DNA from: Armatimonadota bacterium
GTDB taxonomy: Bacteria; Armatimonadota; UBA5829; DTLH01
Reading direction: 5' to 3'
NCBI GenBank assembly: GCA_039679675.1
Contig: JBDKUN010000021.1
Coordinates: forward strand, 1-64,000
Length of the DNA: 64,000 nucleotides
Shown: positions 46,498 through 57,048 of the stretch, piece after piece
Position numbering within the stretch: the first letter of the stretch is position 1
How the letters are laid out: each line of letters begins with the position of its first letter
Program-made: the position numbers and the translations under genes
The notes under the pieces: generated by a model
Seen by the model: the letters and a program-made list of their open reading frames with translations, nothing else
Database searches by the model: none
Told to the model about the DNA's origin: nothing

Positions 46498-47724
46498 GTG
46501 ATTATAGTCCAGAAGTACGGCGGTAGTTCAGTTTCCAACACCGAAAAGATTCGCAACGTAGCAAAACGGGCAGCCCATGCCGCCAAAGATGCCAGCGTGG
46601 TTGTCGTAGTCTCAGCGATGGGTGACACCACAGATGATCTGCTCGCAATGGCGAAGGAACTGAGCGATATACCCGACGGCAGGGAACTGGATAAGCTCCT
46701 TGCTACAGGAGAGCAGATGTCGAGCGCGCTCCTGACCCTGGCGCTGCAAGCCGAAGGAGCTCGTGCGGTATCTCTCACAGGTGGACAGGCCGGAATCATC
46801 ACGGAAAGAGTGCCGAGCAAAGCCCGCATCCTCAAAATCGATCCCCGGCGTGTAGAAGAAGAGCTAAACAGCGGTAAAATAGTCGTTGTCGCCGGATTCC
46901 AGGGTATAACCGAGAATGCAAGCTGGGCCGATATTACAACACTCGGACGCGGCGGGTCTGACACTACAGCTGTCGCGCTCGCAGCGGCACTTAAAGCCGA
47001 CAAATGCGAGATATATACCGATGTCGATGGCGTGTACTCTGCTGATCCCCGGCTGGAGCCGAATGCCGTCAAGCTTGACAGCATCTGCTATGAAGAGATG
47101 CTTGAAATGGCCGTACAAGGCGCAAAAGTAATGCATTCCCGAGCAGTGGAGCTCGGCGAACTCTATGATGTTGAGATTCTGGTTGCCAACAGCTCAAATG
47201 ATTCGCCAGGCACCATAATCAAAAAGGAGGACACTGGTATGGAAATACGAAATCCAGTGCGTGGGATTGCACATGATGCCGATACTGCAAGACTGACTAT
47301 ATTGTCCGTGCCCGACAAGGCCGGGATTGCATACAAACTGTTCCAAACGATGGCCGATAACAATATTAATGTAGATATTATCGTTCAGAATATGTCCGTT
47401 ACCTCAGGATTGACCGACATATCATTTACGGTTGCACTGCCCGATCTTGAAAAGACGAAGAGTATACTCGCCCCTGTAGTTGAAGAATTAGACGCCAAAG
47501 AATTGTTTACAGACCAAAACGTGGCAAAAATATCTATCATTGGTAGCGGAATACGCAGCCATCCAGGATACGCGGCCAAGATGTTCGGTGCACTCGCGAG
47601 AGAGGGCATAAATATCCTCGGAATTTCCACAAGCGAAATCCGCATCACCTGCCTTATCCATAAAGATTATGTGAAACAGTCCGTCCAGGCACTCCACAGC
47701 GCGTTCCACCTGGAAAAGCCGTAG
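46498..47724 (+). CDS. lysC: Aspartate kinase with two ACT domains
   Basis: VQKYGGSS, VVSAMGDTTD, TLGRGGSDTTA, YTDVDG, STSEI. Confidence 0.95.
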   Translation: MIIVQKYGGSSVSNTEKIRNVAKRAAHAAKDASVVVVVSAMGDTTDDLLAMAKELSDIPDGRELDKLLATGEQMSSALLTLALQAEGARAVSLTGGQAGIITERVPSKARILKIDPRRVEEELNSGKIVVVAGFQGITENASWADITTLGRGGSDTTAVALAAALKADKCEIYTDVDGVYSADPRLEPNAVKLDSICYEEMLEMAVQGAKVMHSRAVELGELYDVEILVANSSNDSPGTIIKKEDTGMEIRNPVRGIAHDADTARLTILSVPDKAGIAYKLFQTMADNNINVDIIVQNMSVTSGLTDISFTVALPDLEKTKSILAPVVEELDAKELFTDQNVAKISIIGSGIRSHPGYAAKMFGALAREGINILGISTSEIRITCLIHKDYVKQSVQALHSAFHLEKP

Positions 47725-47750
47725 AAAGCTGCCAGCAGGAAAAGACCAAA

Positions 47751-47779
47751 ACGGCCCCTCGCTTTTGGCGAGAGGCCGT
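47751..47779. terminator. Hairpin between convergent lysC and rpoD
   Basis: acggcc.ctcgc/gcgag.ggccgt. Confidence 0.6.
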
Positions 47780-47805
47780 GTGTGTTTTATTTACTTCAGA
47801 ATGAT

Positions 47806-48930
47806 CTATTCCAGATAATCCCGCAGTTTCCTGCTTCGGTTCGGATGGCGCAACTTCTTCAGAGCCTTTGCCTCGATCTGCCTGATGCGCTCCCTCGTTA
47901 CTTTGAAATGCCGCCCGACCTCTTCAAGTGTCCGAGAATACCCATCATCCAACCCAAAGCGCATCTTCAAAACATCGCGCTCTCTGGGCGTCAGGTTGTT
48001 CAGGACCTCTTCTATCTTCTCACGAAGGATCATATTGGACGCTGCCTCCGCAGGGGAGATCGCTTCCTGGTCCTCGATAAAGTCTGCCAGGTGGCTGTCC
48101 TCTTCCTCCCCGATAGGGGTCTCAAGCGACAGCGGCTCCGGGGCGATTCGGATGATTTCGCTCACCCGGTCGGTCGGAAGCCCCATTTCTCTTCCGAGTT
48201 CCTCGATTGTAGGCTCTCTTCCAAGGTCCTGTAAAAGCTGCCCTGATGTCTTGATCAGCCTGTTGATGGTTTCGACCATATGGACAGGGATTCTGATCGT
48301 CCGTCCCTGGTCTGCAATTGCACGTGTAATGGCCTGCCTGATCCACCAGGTGGCATACGTGCTGAATTTGTAGCCTTTCCGATAGTCGAACTTTTCGACC
48401 GCTCGTATAAGGCCTATATTACCCTCCTGGATAAGGTCCGGGAAGGACATTCCCCTACCGCTGTAGCGCTTTGCAATGCTGACAACCAAACGAAGGTTCG
48501 CCTCGGTCAGAGTCGCTTTGGCTTCTTCGTCACCTGCTTCTATCCTCTTTGCCAGAGACACCTCTTTTTCGGTTGTGAGAAGGGGTGTCTTGCCTATCTC
48601 GCGAAGCCACATTCGAACAGAGTCGTCAAGAGGCATACCTTCCATAGCGGATAGGTCTTCCTCTGCAACCTCTGCCTCATGATGCGTGTCATCCGTCCCG
48701 CTGGCACCTTCGATCAACGCAGGGAACTCCTTAGCTCTCTCTACGACTCGAATTCCCTCATCGGCGAATGTCTGAAGAAGGTCGTCATATTGTTCCGCAT
48801 CCAGTTCCTCTTGATGGCTGAGGGTATCCGTTATCTCTTCGTAAGTTAGAACTCCCTTACGTTTTCCTTCATCAATGAGCGTTTGTATCTCTGCGCTACC
48901 TTTCAACTGGTCCACAGCCACTAAACTCAA
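47806..48930 (-). CDS. rpoD: Primary sigma factor
   Basis: [45 protein letters not shown]. Confidence 0.98.
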   Translation of the reverse strand: MSLVAVDQLKGSAEIQTLIDEGKRKGVLTYEEITDTLSHQEELDAEQYDDLLQTFADEGIRVVERAKEFPALIEGASGTDDTHHEAEVAEEDLSAMEGMPLDDSVRMWLREIGKTPLLTTEKEVSLAKRIEAGDEEAKATLTEANLRLVVSIAKRYSGRGMSFPDLIQEGNIGLIRAVEKFDYRKGYKFSTYATWWIRQAITRAIADQGRTIRIPVHMVETINRLIKTSGQLLQDLGREPTIEELGREMGLPTDRVSEIIRIAPEPLSLETPIGEEEDSHLADFIEDQEAISPAEAASNMILREKIEEVLNNLTPRERDVLKMRFGLDDGYSRTLEEVGRHFKVTRERIRQIEAKALKKLRHPNRSRKLRDYLE

Positions 48931-48987
48931 CTCCCTTCAAAACTTTTGGAGGCAATCATACAATTTATAATATTTAACATTCCTACA

Positions 48988-50778
48988 CTAATTGTGCAAT
49001 TCTTGTACCAACTGCCAATATTCTGCAAATTCATTATCAGTACGCTTGATTTCCCCTCGCTCAAATTTCTCTGCGAGAGTCCTGAAGCGTTTTTCCAACT
49101 CTTTTTTGTGATATATTTTAATCGTACTTATAAGGTCCTCAGTCGGTGTCCCCGATACCTCGGACGCAGTTACGAGCAGCTCATTTAGAAGCTGCTCTCC
49201 GGGCGTTGCCGCAAGTTTTGCGGCAAGTGAATCTATATTAAGTGTTCCACTGCGGGTCAATTCTTCCTGCATGGCCGCCGCAACGGCCTTTACATCATCG
49301 CTCAGGAACTTGTCTGGGGGAATCTGGACAAATATATCCAATGCATCCAACCCATGACATAATATATTACCCAAAAGCTCTCTTTCTGCTTTTCTTACCG
49401 CTTTTCCTTCTTCTGAGATCAAATTGACCCGTGGTGGCATCTTTTTCTTCTCAGATGACGATGATTTCGTCGCAATGCGGGCTCGCCTGGCCTCGACCTC
49501 CTGACGTATATGAACCTCCGCCGGTACCGTTCCGCTTCTGAAATTCGGATGGTACGGCGCAAGGAGAGCTATTAACCGCTCCCGCTCAACCTGTCGCGTC
49601 ACTTCCGCAACAACAGGTATCGCTTCTTTCAAAAGCGCCAACTGGCCGGCGCGAGTGCCGGTATCATGCTTTGCAGCGATAATCCTCAGCCTGTAATCCG
49701 GGACCGGGATAGCACCTTCCACCAATTCGGCGAACACCGCTCTGTCCCCGCGCCTGATCAGGCTGTCCGGATCTTCTCCCGCAGGCAATGGAGCCGCCTT
49801 AACCTCGAACTCCGCCTCCTCAAACATCGGCGCGCTTCTCATCGCAGCCGACATACCAGCTGAATCGGAGTCGTACGCTAAAACAGCCGTCTTTGTATAT
49901 CGAGACAATACGTTTACGTGTTCTGAAGTGAGGGCGGTTCCCAATGTAGCGACTACATTCGTAAATCCCGCGGTATGCGCGGTAAGGGCATCCATGTAGC
50001 CTTCTACCAGTATCACACAGCCCTGGTCAATAATCGACTTCCTGGCAAAGTTCAGCGCGTAGAGTGTCCTGTTTTTTACAAATACCGGTGTCTCCGGCGA
50101 ATTGATATACTTCGCATCGCTGCCTCCGAGATCACGCCCGCCAAACCCGATTACCCTGTTCTGGATGTCGAATATCGGAAATATAAGCCGGTTTCGGAAC
50201 CTGTCATAATAACCCTGGCCCGATTCCCGAGCAATAAGAAGGCCCGCTTTTGCCCCGTCTGCAAGCTTTACCCTTTGGGTCCTCAAACAATCCGCCAGCC
50301 CACTCCACTCCGAGAGCGCAAACCCCAATTTGAATTGTTCTACAGCCTCGGGCGATATACCTCTTTTTTGTATATAATCCCGCGCTTCTTTATTACGCTC
50401 GAGTGTCTTGCGAAAATAAGCGGTCGCCAGATTGTTGACGTGAAATACAATATCACGCTCTCCTGCCGACCGCATATCTTTTGGCGAATGTGTTATTTCG
50501 ACACCCACTTTGGCAGCCAGTTGCTCGACTGCTTCGGGAAATGTCAACCCCTCAATACGCATTAAAAAAGAAAACACGTCGCCATTTGCACCACATCCGA
50601 AACACATCCATCTCTGGGTATCGCGGTTGACTACAAACGACGGCGTCTTTTCCGAATGAAACGGGCAAGCCCCCTTAAGGTTCTTCCCGCTTCGTTTCAG
50701 TGCGACATAGGGGGATATAATCTCGACGATATCGCACCTTGATCGAATATCCTCCAGCGGATAGCGGGAAGAAACCAA
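48988..50778 (-). CDS. dnaG: DNA primase
   Basis: CPFHSEKTPSF..CFGC, KYINSPET, EGYMD, YDSDSAG. Confidence 0.97.
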   Translation of the reverse strand: MVSSRYPLEDIRSRCDIVEIISPYVALKRSGKNLKGACPFHSEKTPSFVVNRDTQRWMCFGCGANGDVFSFLMRIEGLTFPEAVEQLAAKVGVEITHSPKDMRSAGERDIVFHVNNLATAYFRKTLERNKEARDYIQKRGISPEAVEQFKLGFALSEWSGLADCLRTQRVKLADGAKAGLLIARESGQGYYDRFRNRLIFPIFDIQNRVIGFGGRDLGGSDAKYINSPETPVFVKNRTLYALNFARKSIIDQGCVILVEGYMDALTAHTAGFTNVVATLGTALTSEHVNVLSRYTKTAVLAYDSDSAGMSAAMRSAPMFEEAEFEVKAAPLPAGEDPDSLIRRGDRAVFAELVEGAIPVPDYRLRIIAAKHDTGTRAGQLALLKEAIPVVAEVTRQVERERLIALLAPYHPNFRSGTVPAEVHIRQEVEARRARIATKSSSSEKKKMPPRVNLISEEGKAVRKAERELLGNILCHGLDALDIFVQIPPDKFLSDDVKAVAAAMQEELTRSGTLNIDSLAAKLAATPGEQLLNELLVTASEVSGTPTEDLISTIKIYHKKELEKRFRTLAEKFERGEIKRTDNEFAEYWQLVQELHN

Positions 50779-50852
50779 TGCTAGCTCACCTCATTATAGT
50801 AAACCTGCCAGCGCTGCCGTAAGGCCGGGAGGCTAGAGTTTTGCTCAGCTTA

Positions 50853-51566
50853 TTACTCGTCTTCTGGATTGAAAGCTATGGTAATACCTACAAGCTTCTT
50901 CTCAAGGAAGATAAACAGACATCTGTGCTTGTCGGTATATTTGGCCATCAGAAACCGTCCGAGTGACTGTTGTTTTTCAGGATAGCCATACTTGAAGATA
51001 ACATCCTTATAGTAACTGCCGAGCTTAATGCCTTTGGATGTTTTCGAAAGTGCGAACGGCTGATCTCCGCCGACTGTTATCTGAATCACACGCCCGCTCT
51101 CGGAGATCAGAAACTCCAGTGTCGTACCGCTCTGCAGATCGTAAGTCCAGCTGACTGTGCTCTCTGTAGGCTGGTTCTGCTGTGTGCCGTTGTTTCCGCT
51201 GGTTCCAGGAGCACCGGGAGCGCCGGTATCGACTCCGGGAAGAGGAGCATAGCTACCCGACGATCCGTTAGCATAACTCTGTCCTAACTGGCCGATTGGT
51301 CCTGTCTGCTGCTGTGATGAACCAGGCATATTAGACAGCAAAGAGCCTGCGGGCTGATTCTGCGGCTGCCCTTCTCCGGGATTGCCAGTATTGGCCGTCT
51401 GAGTTGTAATTCTGGTGGGATTACCGTATTTCTTTAGCACTGTTTGCGCAGGGGAACCGAGTCTAATTCCAGCTAAAGTCCTTTCAACTGCGAACACTGA
51501 AATACTCGCCCCAAAAACGAGAACAAAAACCATCAGGGCGACTATTGCCCTTTTAGATGTCAGCAT
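50853..51566 (-). CDS. Secreted hypothetical protein with Gly/Gln/Pro low-complexity insert
   Basis: Signal peptide; two GIxLGS...KYGxP repeats; RBS aaggag. Confidence 0.75.
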   Translation of the reverse strand: MLTSKRAIVALMVFVLVFGASISVFAVERTLAGIRLGSPAQTVLKKYGNPTRITTQTANTGNPGEGQPQNQPAGSLLSNMPGSSQQQTGPIGQLGQSYANGSSGSYAPLPGVDTGAPGAPGTSGNNGTQQNQPTESTVSWTYDLQSGTTLEFLISESGRVIQITVGGDQPFALSKTSKGIKLGSYYKDVIFKYGYPEKQQSLGRFLMAKYTDKHRCLFIFLEKKLVGITIAFNPEDE

Positions 51567-51789
51567 CAGGCACTGCTCCTTTGCCATAAATTGCAATCGA
51601 TTACCATTTCCACGCTTTCCAGCGGAATTCCTTCTCCCAAACCCCAAAGTTTTCACCTCCCGTGACACAAAACTCTTTGCAGTCTGCGCCCTCGTAATAA
51701 TAGACGACCAAAACTGCTGCAATGTTCACGTAAAGAGATGAAATACCATGGATCGGCTGAACAAGCCGCCGGAAAGCCGTTTTATATGA

Positions 51790-52392
51790 TTAGAACTTCA
51801 GACTTAACCGAATTATGATAAGTCCGAAAACGAAAATCACTGCGACCATATTGAGATATTCGTGATTGGCAACGATCTTAGCCCACTGCAGTCTAGTAGA
51901 AGATGCCTTCGAGTAGGGCGTGAGCCTGGGACGGAACCTGCATACCTCGTTGCAGTAGTGGATATAATCCTCACCGAATATACCTCTTAGCCTCTCTTCC
52001 TCGCGGCCTATCCGGCTGTACACATAAAGCGCGAAGAGAATGATGTATCCGACTACAAGAAGAGGAACATTCATTACCTGAGTCTTCTCCCACCATGCCT
52101 GCTGGATCATAATCATGAACCCAAGCAGCACGAAAAACCGGCCAAAATACATGGGATTTCGGATGTAGGAGTAAGGACCGGATGTTGCAAGCGCTTTATC
52201 CTTCCTTAAGTGGGATGCCGCCCATAACTGCATCAGCTCTCCAAAAAACGTCGCTACCATCCCAACCCAAAGCCAGTCGGTCTTTCGGTTTATGAGATAA
52301 ACGCCTACGGCTACGAATAAAGTCATCAGCGGTACTCTCCACCACTGGAGTACAGATCTTGCCTTAACTACCCAACTAGCTTCAGTTGCCAT
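51790..52392 (-). CDS. ICMT/PEMT-family membrane methyltransferase
   Basis: LATSGPYSYIRNPMYFG, EEE.L...FG..Y. Confidence 0.85.
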   Translation of the reverse strand: MATEASWVVKARSVLQWWRVPLMTLFVAVGVYLINRKTDWLWVGMVATFFGELMQLWAASHLRKDKALATSGPYSYIRNPMYFGRFFVLLGFMIMIQQAWWEKTQVMNVPLLVVGYIILFALYVYSRIGREEERLRGIFGEDYIHYCNEVCRFRPRLTPYSKASSTRLQWAKIVANHEYLNMVAVIFVFGLIIIRLSLKF

Positions 52393-53173
52393 TATTTGTG
52401 TTTCTTGCCCCTATATATTTGATCATTGTTACCGTTGTCCCGGTCTCGTCGAAGGCGTAATCGACACTATCCATCGACGCTCTCATGAAAAAGATACCCA
52501 TTCCGCCTTCACGGGGGTTGCAGGGATCGGGAATCGGAACCGTATTCGGATCGAACTTATTCCCCGGATAGCTGACCTTAATTACCAGCTTCTCCTCATC
52601 ACCGGTGCAATTCACATTAAGCCGGTCGTCTTCTCCACCATTGCACCCATGTCTGATAGCATTCGAGACGGCTTCTCCGACTGCAAGCCTGATATCATCG
52701 ATCTGATATCGCGAAAACGGCATCGACTCGGCAAGTTCAGTCACTCGCTGCCTAATCAATCCGTTCCTGTCAGCCGGCAGCGGAATACTGAACTTGACCT
52801 GCTGCCAAAGCCCGCCTGCACAGTGCTTCCGATCCGGTTCCGGGCTATCATTTACATGCTCTATATTCAATAAATCGGCAAAGCCGGATATCTGCAGCGC
52901 ATGCACAGTCTGCTGAGTCGCGGAACGCAAAACAAGCTCCCCGCCTGCATCCCTCAGCTTCTGAGCCCCGCGTATGATGGCACCAATCCCGCTTGAATCT
53001 ATGAAATCGACCGAACCACAGTCCATTACTATGTGAGTCGAGCCGTCATGCAGGAGACTCTCAATAGCCTCCTTTATGCTGCCCGTGGACTCGTAATTGA
53101 CTTCGCCGGTCAACGTCACAAGCGGCGGCTGGTTTTGTTGAACTGTTACTATACAATTAGCCAGTGTTAACAT
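52382..53173 (-). CDS. Fused STAS anti-sigma antagonist and RsbW-like kinase
   Basis: GEVN..VDFIDSSGIG (STAS); LAVGEAVSNAIRHG, EGGMGIFFM..SMD (HATPase). Confidence 0.9.
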   Translation of the reverse strand: MLTLANCIVTVQQNQPPLVTLTGEVNYESTGSIKEAIESLLHDGSTHIVMDCGSVDFIDSSGIGAIIRGAQKLRDAGGELVLRSATQQTVHALQISGFADLLNIEHVNDSPEPDRKHCAGGLWQQVKFSIPLPADRNGLIRQRVTELAESMPFSRYQIDDIRLAVGEAVSNAIRHGCNGGEDDRLNVNCTGDEEKLVIKVSYPGNKFDPNTVPIPDPCNPREGGMGIFFMRASMDSVDYAFDETGTTVTMIKYIGARNTNNGN

Positions 53174-53504
53174 ACAACACACCCTACTAAGTTTAGCATG
53201 GCCATGCCAGCTCGTCAAGAATGAGTTCAAAATTCAATATTGAATTGGAAAACTAAGGGCCCGATTATCCATCAAGGCCCTCAACCGCATACTCATTAAG
53301 TGGCAACATCTTGACAACCACTTCTTTAACAGCCTGATTAGTCACACTCTAGTTAAAGTATATGTTTTATTGCTAAAAGCCCTGGGTAAAGCAGGGAAGC
53401 AAGAAAGCAAATGCTAGCCTGCTTTTGAGCGGAGTGAGACTCTCCCGACCAGTTGGCATACGATTAGTCAGCTTAAAATTCATAGAAAGGGGTGCAATAT
53501 AGTC

Positions 53505-54716
53505 ATGTCAACTAATAGATTGGTTTTCGCCTGTATTGCAGTGCTCCTGCTGATCGCGGGTTGCGGTGGTGGAGGTGGAGGCAGTAACATTCCGGTCACA
53601 CCCGACCCGGATAACCCTTCAGTTAATCGGGCACCGGTTATCACGAGCTTGTCACCGCAGGGAAGCTCCGCAGATCCCATCAGAATTCAGACCGACCGCA
53701 CTCAGCAAATGGTTGTGGCAGCGACGGATCCCGATGGAGACAAACTGACCTACACATGGTCTGTTGATAACGGACGTCTCGCCGGAACGGATGTGGATTA
53801 CGAGTTTACAGCTCCATCTGCCGTCTGTAATGCTATTGTTACGGTTGTGGTAAACGACGGGCACAACCACACGGCATCTGCAAAGTGCTATTTCACTGTC
53901 TATAAACAGAATACTCCCGAACCGCCTAATCCCAATGAAAACGACCCACCTGTTATCACGAGCGTCACTGCCGATCCCAGCGCTGTGGACGTAAACGGAA
54001 CATCCACTGTTACAGCGGTAGCAACCGATCCGGATGGTGACGATCTTACTTATACCTGGGTTGCAACGGGTGGGTCTGTCCAGTCGCAGAACGGCAACTC
54101 AGCAGTCTGGAAAGCACCTGAAGCCGCCGGAAGCTGCACAATGACCGTATTTGTGAGTGACGGGGTCAACCCGGCGGTCTCCAAAGCTGCAGCCATTTCG
54201 GTAGCAGGGAAAATTGAACCCCCTGTCACTAATGGACTCACCGCAAAGTATATACAGAATAACCATGTAGATGCTCACCCTGATCTTTCAAAAGGCCAGG
54301 TTGTATTAACGCGGACCGATCCGAATATAAACTTCGACTGGGGGAGAAAAGCTCCTGACCCGGGTTTGATCACTCTGCCTGATACCGGCAACGGCCATGA
54401 CTTCGGCGTTATCTGGTCGGGCTATATCAAGTGTGAAACTGCCGGCGCCTATGCATTCCGGGCCAGATACGACGACGGGTTCCGTCTGAGAATTGCTGAT
54501 GACAGCAACAAGCTGAAAACGATAATCGACGGCTGGAACACAGGTCCCGCCCTTGTGATGGAAGGTAAGATCGATCTGGCCGGAAGTAAATGGTATAAAA
54601 TCGAGGTCAGCTATTTCGAGGATGAAGACCGTTCATATGTCCAGCTCTACTGGATGCCTCCTGGAGCTACGACCTGGACGATAGTCCCGACAAACGCGCT
54701 CAGAACAGCAGAATAA
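53505..54716 (+). CDS. Lipoprotein with two Ig-like repeats and a PA14 domain
   Basis: IAGC lipobox, two ATDPDGDxLTYTW repeats, GLTAKY..INFDWG..WSGYI..DDGFRL. Confidence 0.88.
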   Translation: MSTNRLVFACIAVLLLIAGCGGGGGGSNIPVTPDPDNPSVNRAPVITSLSPQGSSADPIRIQTDRTQQMVVAATDPDGDKLTYTWSVDNGRLAGTDVDYEFTAPSAVCNAIVTVVVNDGHNHTASAKCYFTVYKQNTPEPPNPNENDPPVITSVTADPSAVDVNGTSTVTAVATDPDGDDLTYTWVATGGSVQSQNGNSAVWKAPEAAGSCTMTVFVSDGVNPAVSKAAAISVAGKIEPPVTNGLTAKYIQNNHVDAHPDLSKGQVVLTRTDPNINFDWGRKAPDPGLITLPDTGNGHDFGVIWSGYIKCETAGAYAFRARYDDGFRLRIADDSNKLKTIIDGWNTGPALVMEGKIDLAGSKWYKIEVSYFEDEDRSYVQLYWMPPGATTWTIVPTNALRTAE

Positions 54717-54754
54717 AACTGATATTTTCATCCATTTCGATTTTATACAGGCTC

Positions 54755-54790
54755 GAATAAAGACCTCGGTTTGCGCCGGGGTCTTTATTC
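54755..54790. terminator. Rho-independent terminator
   Basis: gaataaagacc.cgg/ccg.ggtctttattc. Confidence 0.8.
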
Positions 54791-54976
54791 ATTGATTACC
54801 GGCTGCGGCGCTCAAAAGTTTGACCATGGCAGCCGGCAGTGCTATAATTTATTGATTTCCGGTTGTATTACAACCCCAAAATTTACCTGAGTGGTTCAGG
54901 TGTGAGTCATACCTGAAACCTGTTTATTATGATCAAGGCGGTGAACATGCCGCTGTAGGCGCGGAGGGTATTACTA

Positions 54977-55255
54977 TTGACAACAACCGCCATGAGTATA
55001 GGGTTCGGAAACTTTGTCGTTAGAGAAAGGATCATAGCTATCCTCTCTAGCGCATCGGCGCCGGTAAAACGTGTGATCCAGGAAGCCCGAAAACAAAGCC
55101 AGTTAATCGACGCAACCCAGGGACGCAGGACGAAAAGCGTTTTGTTCATGGATAACGGACAGGTTATAATATCCGCGCTGGGCCAGGAAACGCTGGCAAA
55201 ACGAATGGCGTCGCTTGTTCCAACCCCCGAAACAGACAATGCAGATTTGGGATAA
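54977..55255 (+). CDS. remA: DUF370 / RemA family regulator
   Basis: IGFGNFV..RIIAI...SAPVKR, IDATQGRRTKSV, SAL..ETL. Confidence 0.92.
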   Translation: MTTTAMSIGFGNFVVRERIIAILSSASAPVKRVIQEARKQSQLIDATQGRRTKSVLFMDNGQVIISALGQETLAKRMASLVPTPETDNADLG

Positions 55256-55841
55256 TTACCGGCGAAAGTCCGGTCTTGCCATAGTTGTATCAGGACCATC
55301 CGGCGTTGGCAAAGATACCGTGCTGGATGAGTTCGCTAAATCATGCCCCGACATAACGCGCTGCGTAACCGTTACTACACGACAGCCCAGAGTGAACGAA
55401 CAGCACGGCCTGGACTATTGTTTCGTTACCGAACAGGAGTTCTGCCGGATGATCGATCTGGGCGAGTTTCTGGAGTATGCAGAAGTGCATGGCAACTTTT
55501 ACGGCACGCCTAAACCCTGGGTCGTCGGAAAAATCTCAGCCGGTCAGGACTGCCTGCTCAAGATCGATGTACAAGGCGGGATCGCAGTCAAGCGGCAAAT
55601 CCCAGAAGCTGTTATGGTGTTTATCGTGCCGCCCAGCATGGAAGAACTCGAAAGACGACTGAGAGCGAGATCGACCGACTCAGAAGAATCGATAGCAAAG
55701 CGGCTCAAAAACGCTTGGTATGAGCTGGAACAGATTCCACATTACGAGTATCTGGTAAAAAATGATCTTGTCGAGAATGCGGTCGCAGAGCTGAGGGCTA
55801 TAGTCATTGCTGAACATAGAAGAATCGTCTCCCCGCGCTGA
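55239..55841 (+). CDS. gmk: Guanylate kinase
   Basis: SGPSGVGK, TTRQPR, FLEYAEVHGNFYGTP, IDVQG. Confidence 0.97.
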   Translation: MQIWDNYRRKSGLAIVVSGPSGVGKDTVLDEFAKSCPDITRCVTVTTRQPRVNEQHGLDYCFVTEQEFCRMIDLGEFLEYAEVHGNFYGTPKPWVVGKISAGQDCLLKIDVQGGIAVKRQIPEAVMVFIVPPSMEELERRLRARSTDSEESIAKRLKNAWYELEQIPHYEYLVKNDLVENAVAELRAIVIAEHRRIVSPR

Positions 55842-57048
55842 CCTGACGGGAAAAACAATCATACTTGGAGTGACTGGCAGTATCGCGGCATATAAATCCG
55901 CCGAGATAGCGAGCAAGCTTACTCAGATGGGCGCCAGCGTCCACGTCATTATGACTAAATCAGCCTGCGAACTCGTCGGCCCTGCAACTTTCCGCGCGCT
56001 CACCCACAATCCGGTCCTTGTGAACCTGTGGGACGAACCGAAAGCGAACGAAATAGTCCATGTGCAGCTGCCTGAACGGGCTGACCTGACACTCATCGCC
56101 CCGGCTACTGCCGACATCATCGGTAAACTCGCGAACGGTATAGCCGACGATATGCTGACAACCGCCGCACTCGTGGTCCGTGGCCCGGTATTGATCGCCC
56201 CGGCTATGAACCCAAGGATGTACACAAATCCGGTGGTCATCGGCAACATGGACAGGCTGAAAAACCTCGGCTGGGAGGTCATCGAACCAGAAGAAGGACG
56301 TGTAGCCTGCGGTGATGAGGGAGTAGGCAGGCTTGCCAGTCCGGACACTATCGTCGCGGCTGTTATTACTGCACTCCTCGGCGGAAAGAAGGACTTCGCC
56401 GGGGTGCGGGTGCTTATTACAGCCGGACCTACCAGAGAACCGGTCGATCCGGTCAGGTACGTCTCTAACTACTCGTCCGGGAAGATGGGCTATGCTCTCG
56501 CCGAAGCTGCAGCCGAGCGTGGAGGCATAGTCACACTGGTAAGCGGGCCCACTGAGCTGGATAACCCTCCCGGTGTCAATTCCATCAGGGTGCAGACAGC
56601 GCAGGAGATGCTCCAGGCCGTAATGGAAAACCTTCCGCCGAATAATCTCGTCATCGCAGCGGCGGCTGTGGCGGACTACCGCCCGGCTAAAGTCGCGCCC
56701 AGCAAGCTGAAAAAGGAAAATGACTGGCTGAGACTGGAGCTTGAGAAGACGGAAGATATATTGAAACGGATCGGTGAGATGAAGGGCGAAAGAACTCTCG
56801 TGGGTTTTGCAGCGGAAACGAACGATATCGAGGAGAATGCCCGTCATAAACTCGAAGAGAAAAACCTTGACCTGATAATTGCAAACGACGTCTCTGACCC
56901 AGGAGGCGTATTCGGCAGCGATACCAACGTTGTTACACTGATCCCCCGCAAAGGCGAGGCGATCAGTTGGCCCAGGATGTCCAAACGGGAAATATCTCAG
57001 GGGATTCTGGATTATATTATGTCAAACCTTTGGGAGGGACAACTTTGA
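55807..57048 (+). CDS. coaBC: Phosphopantothenoylcysteine decarboxylase/ligase
   Basis: [34 protein letters not shown]. Confidence 0.97.
   Translation: MLNIEESSPRADLTGKTIILGVTGSIAAYKSAEIASKLTQMGASVHVIMTKSACELVGPATFRALTHNPVLVNLWDEPKANEIVHVQLPERADLTLIAPATADIIGKLANGIADDMLTTAALVVRGPVLIAPAMNPRMYTNPVVIGNMDRLKNLGWEVIEPEEGRVACGDEGVGRLASPDTIVAAVITALLGGKKDFAGVRVLITAGPTREPVDPVRYVSNYSSGKMGYALAEAAAERGGIVTLVSGPTELDNPPGVNSIRVQTAQEMLQAVMENLPPNNLVIAAAAVADYRPAKVAPSKLKKENDWLRLELEKTEDILKRIGEMKGERTLVGFAAETNDIEENARHKLEEKNLDLIIANDVSDPGGVFGSDTNVVTLIPRKGEAISWPRMSKREISQGILDYIMSNLWEGQL

Noticed and set aside
53453..53470. Third sigma-54 promoter (TTGGCATA...)
   Set aside because: It lacks TTGC at the -12 position
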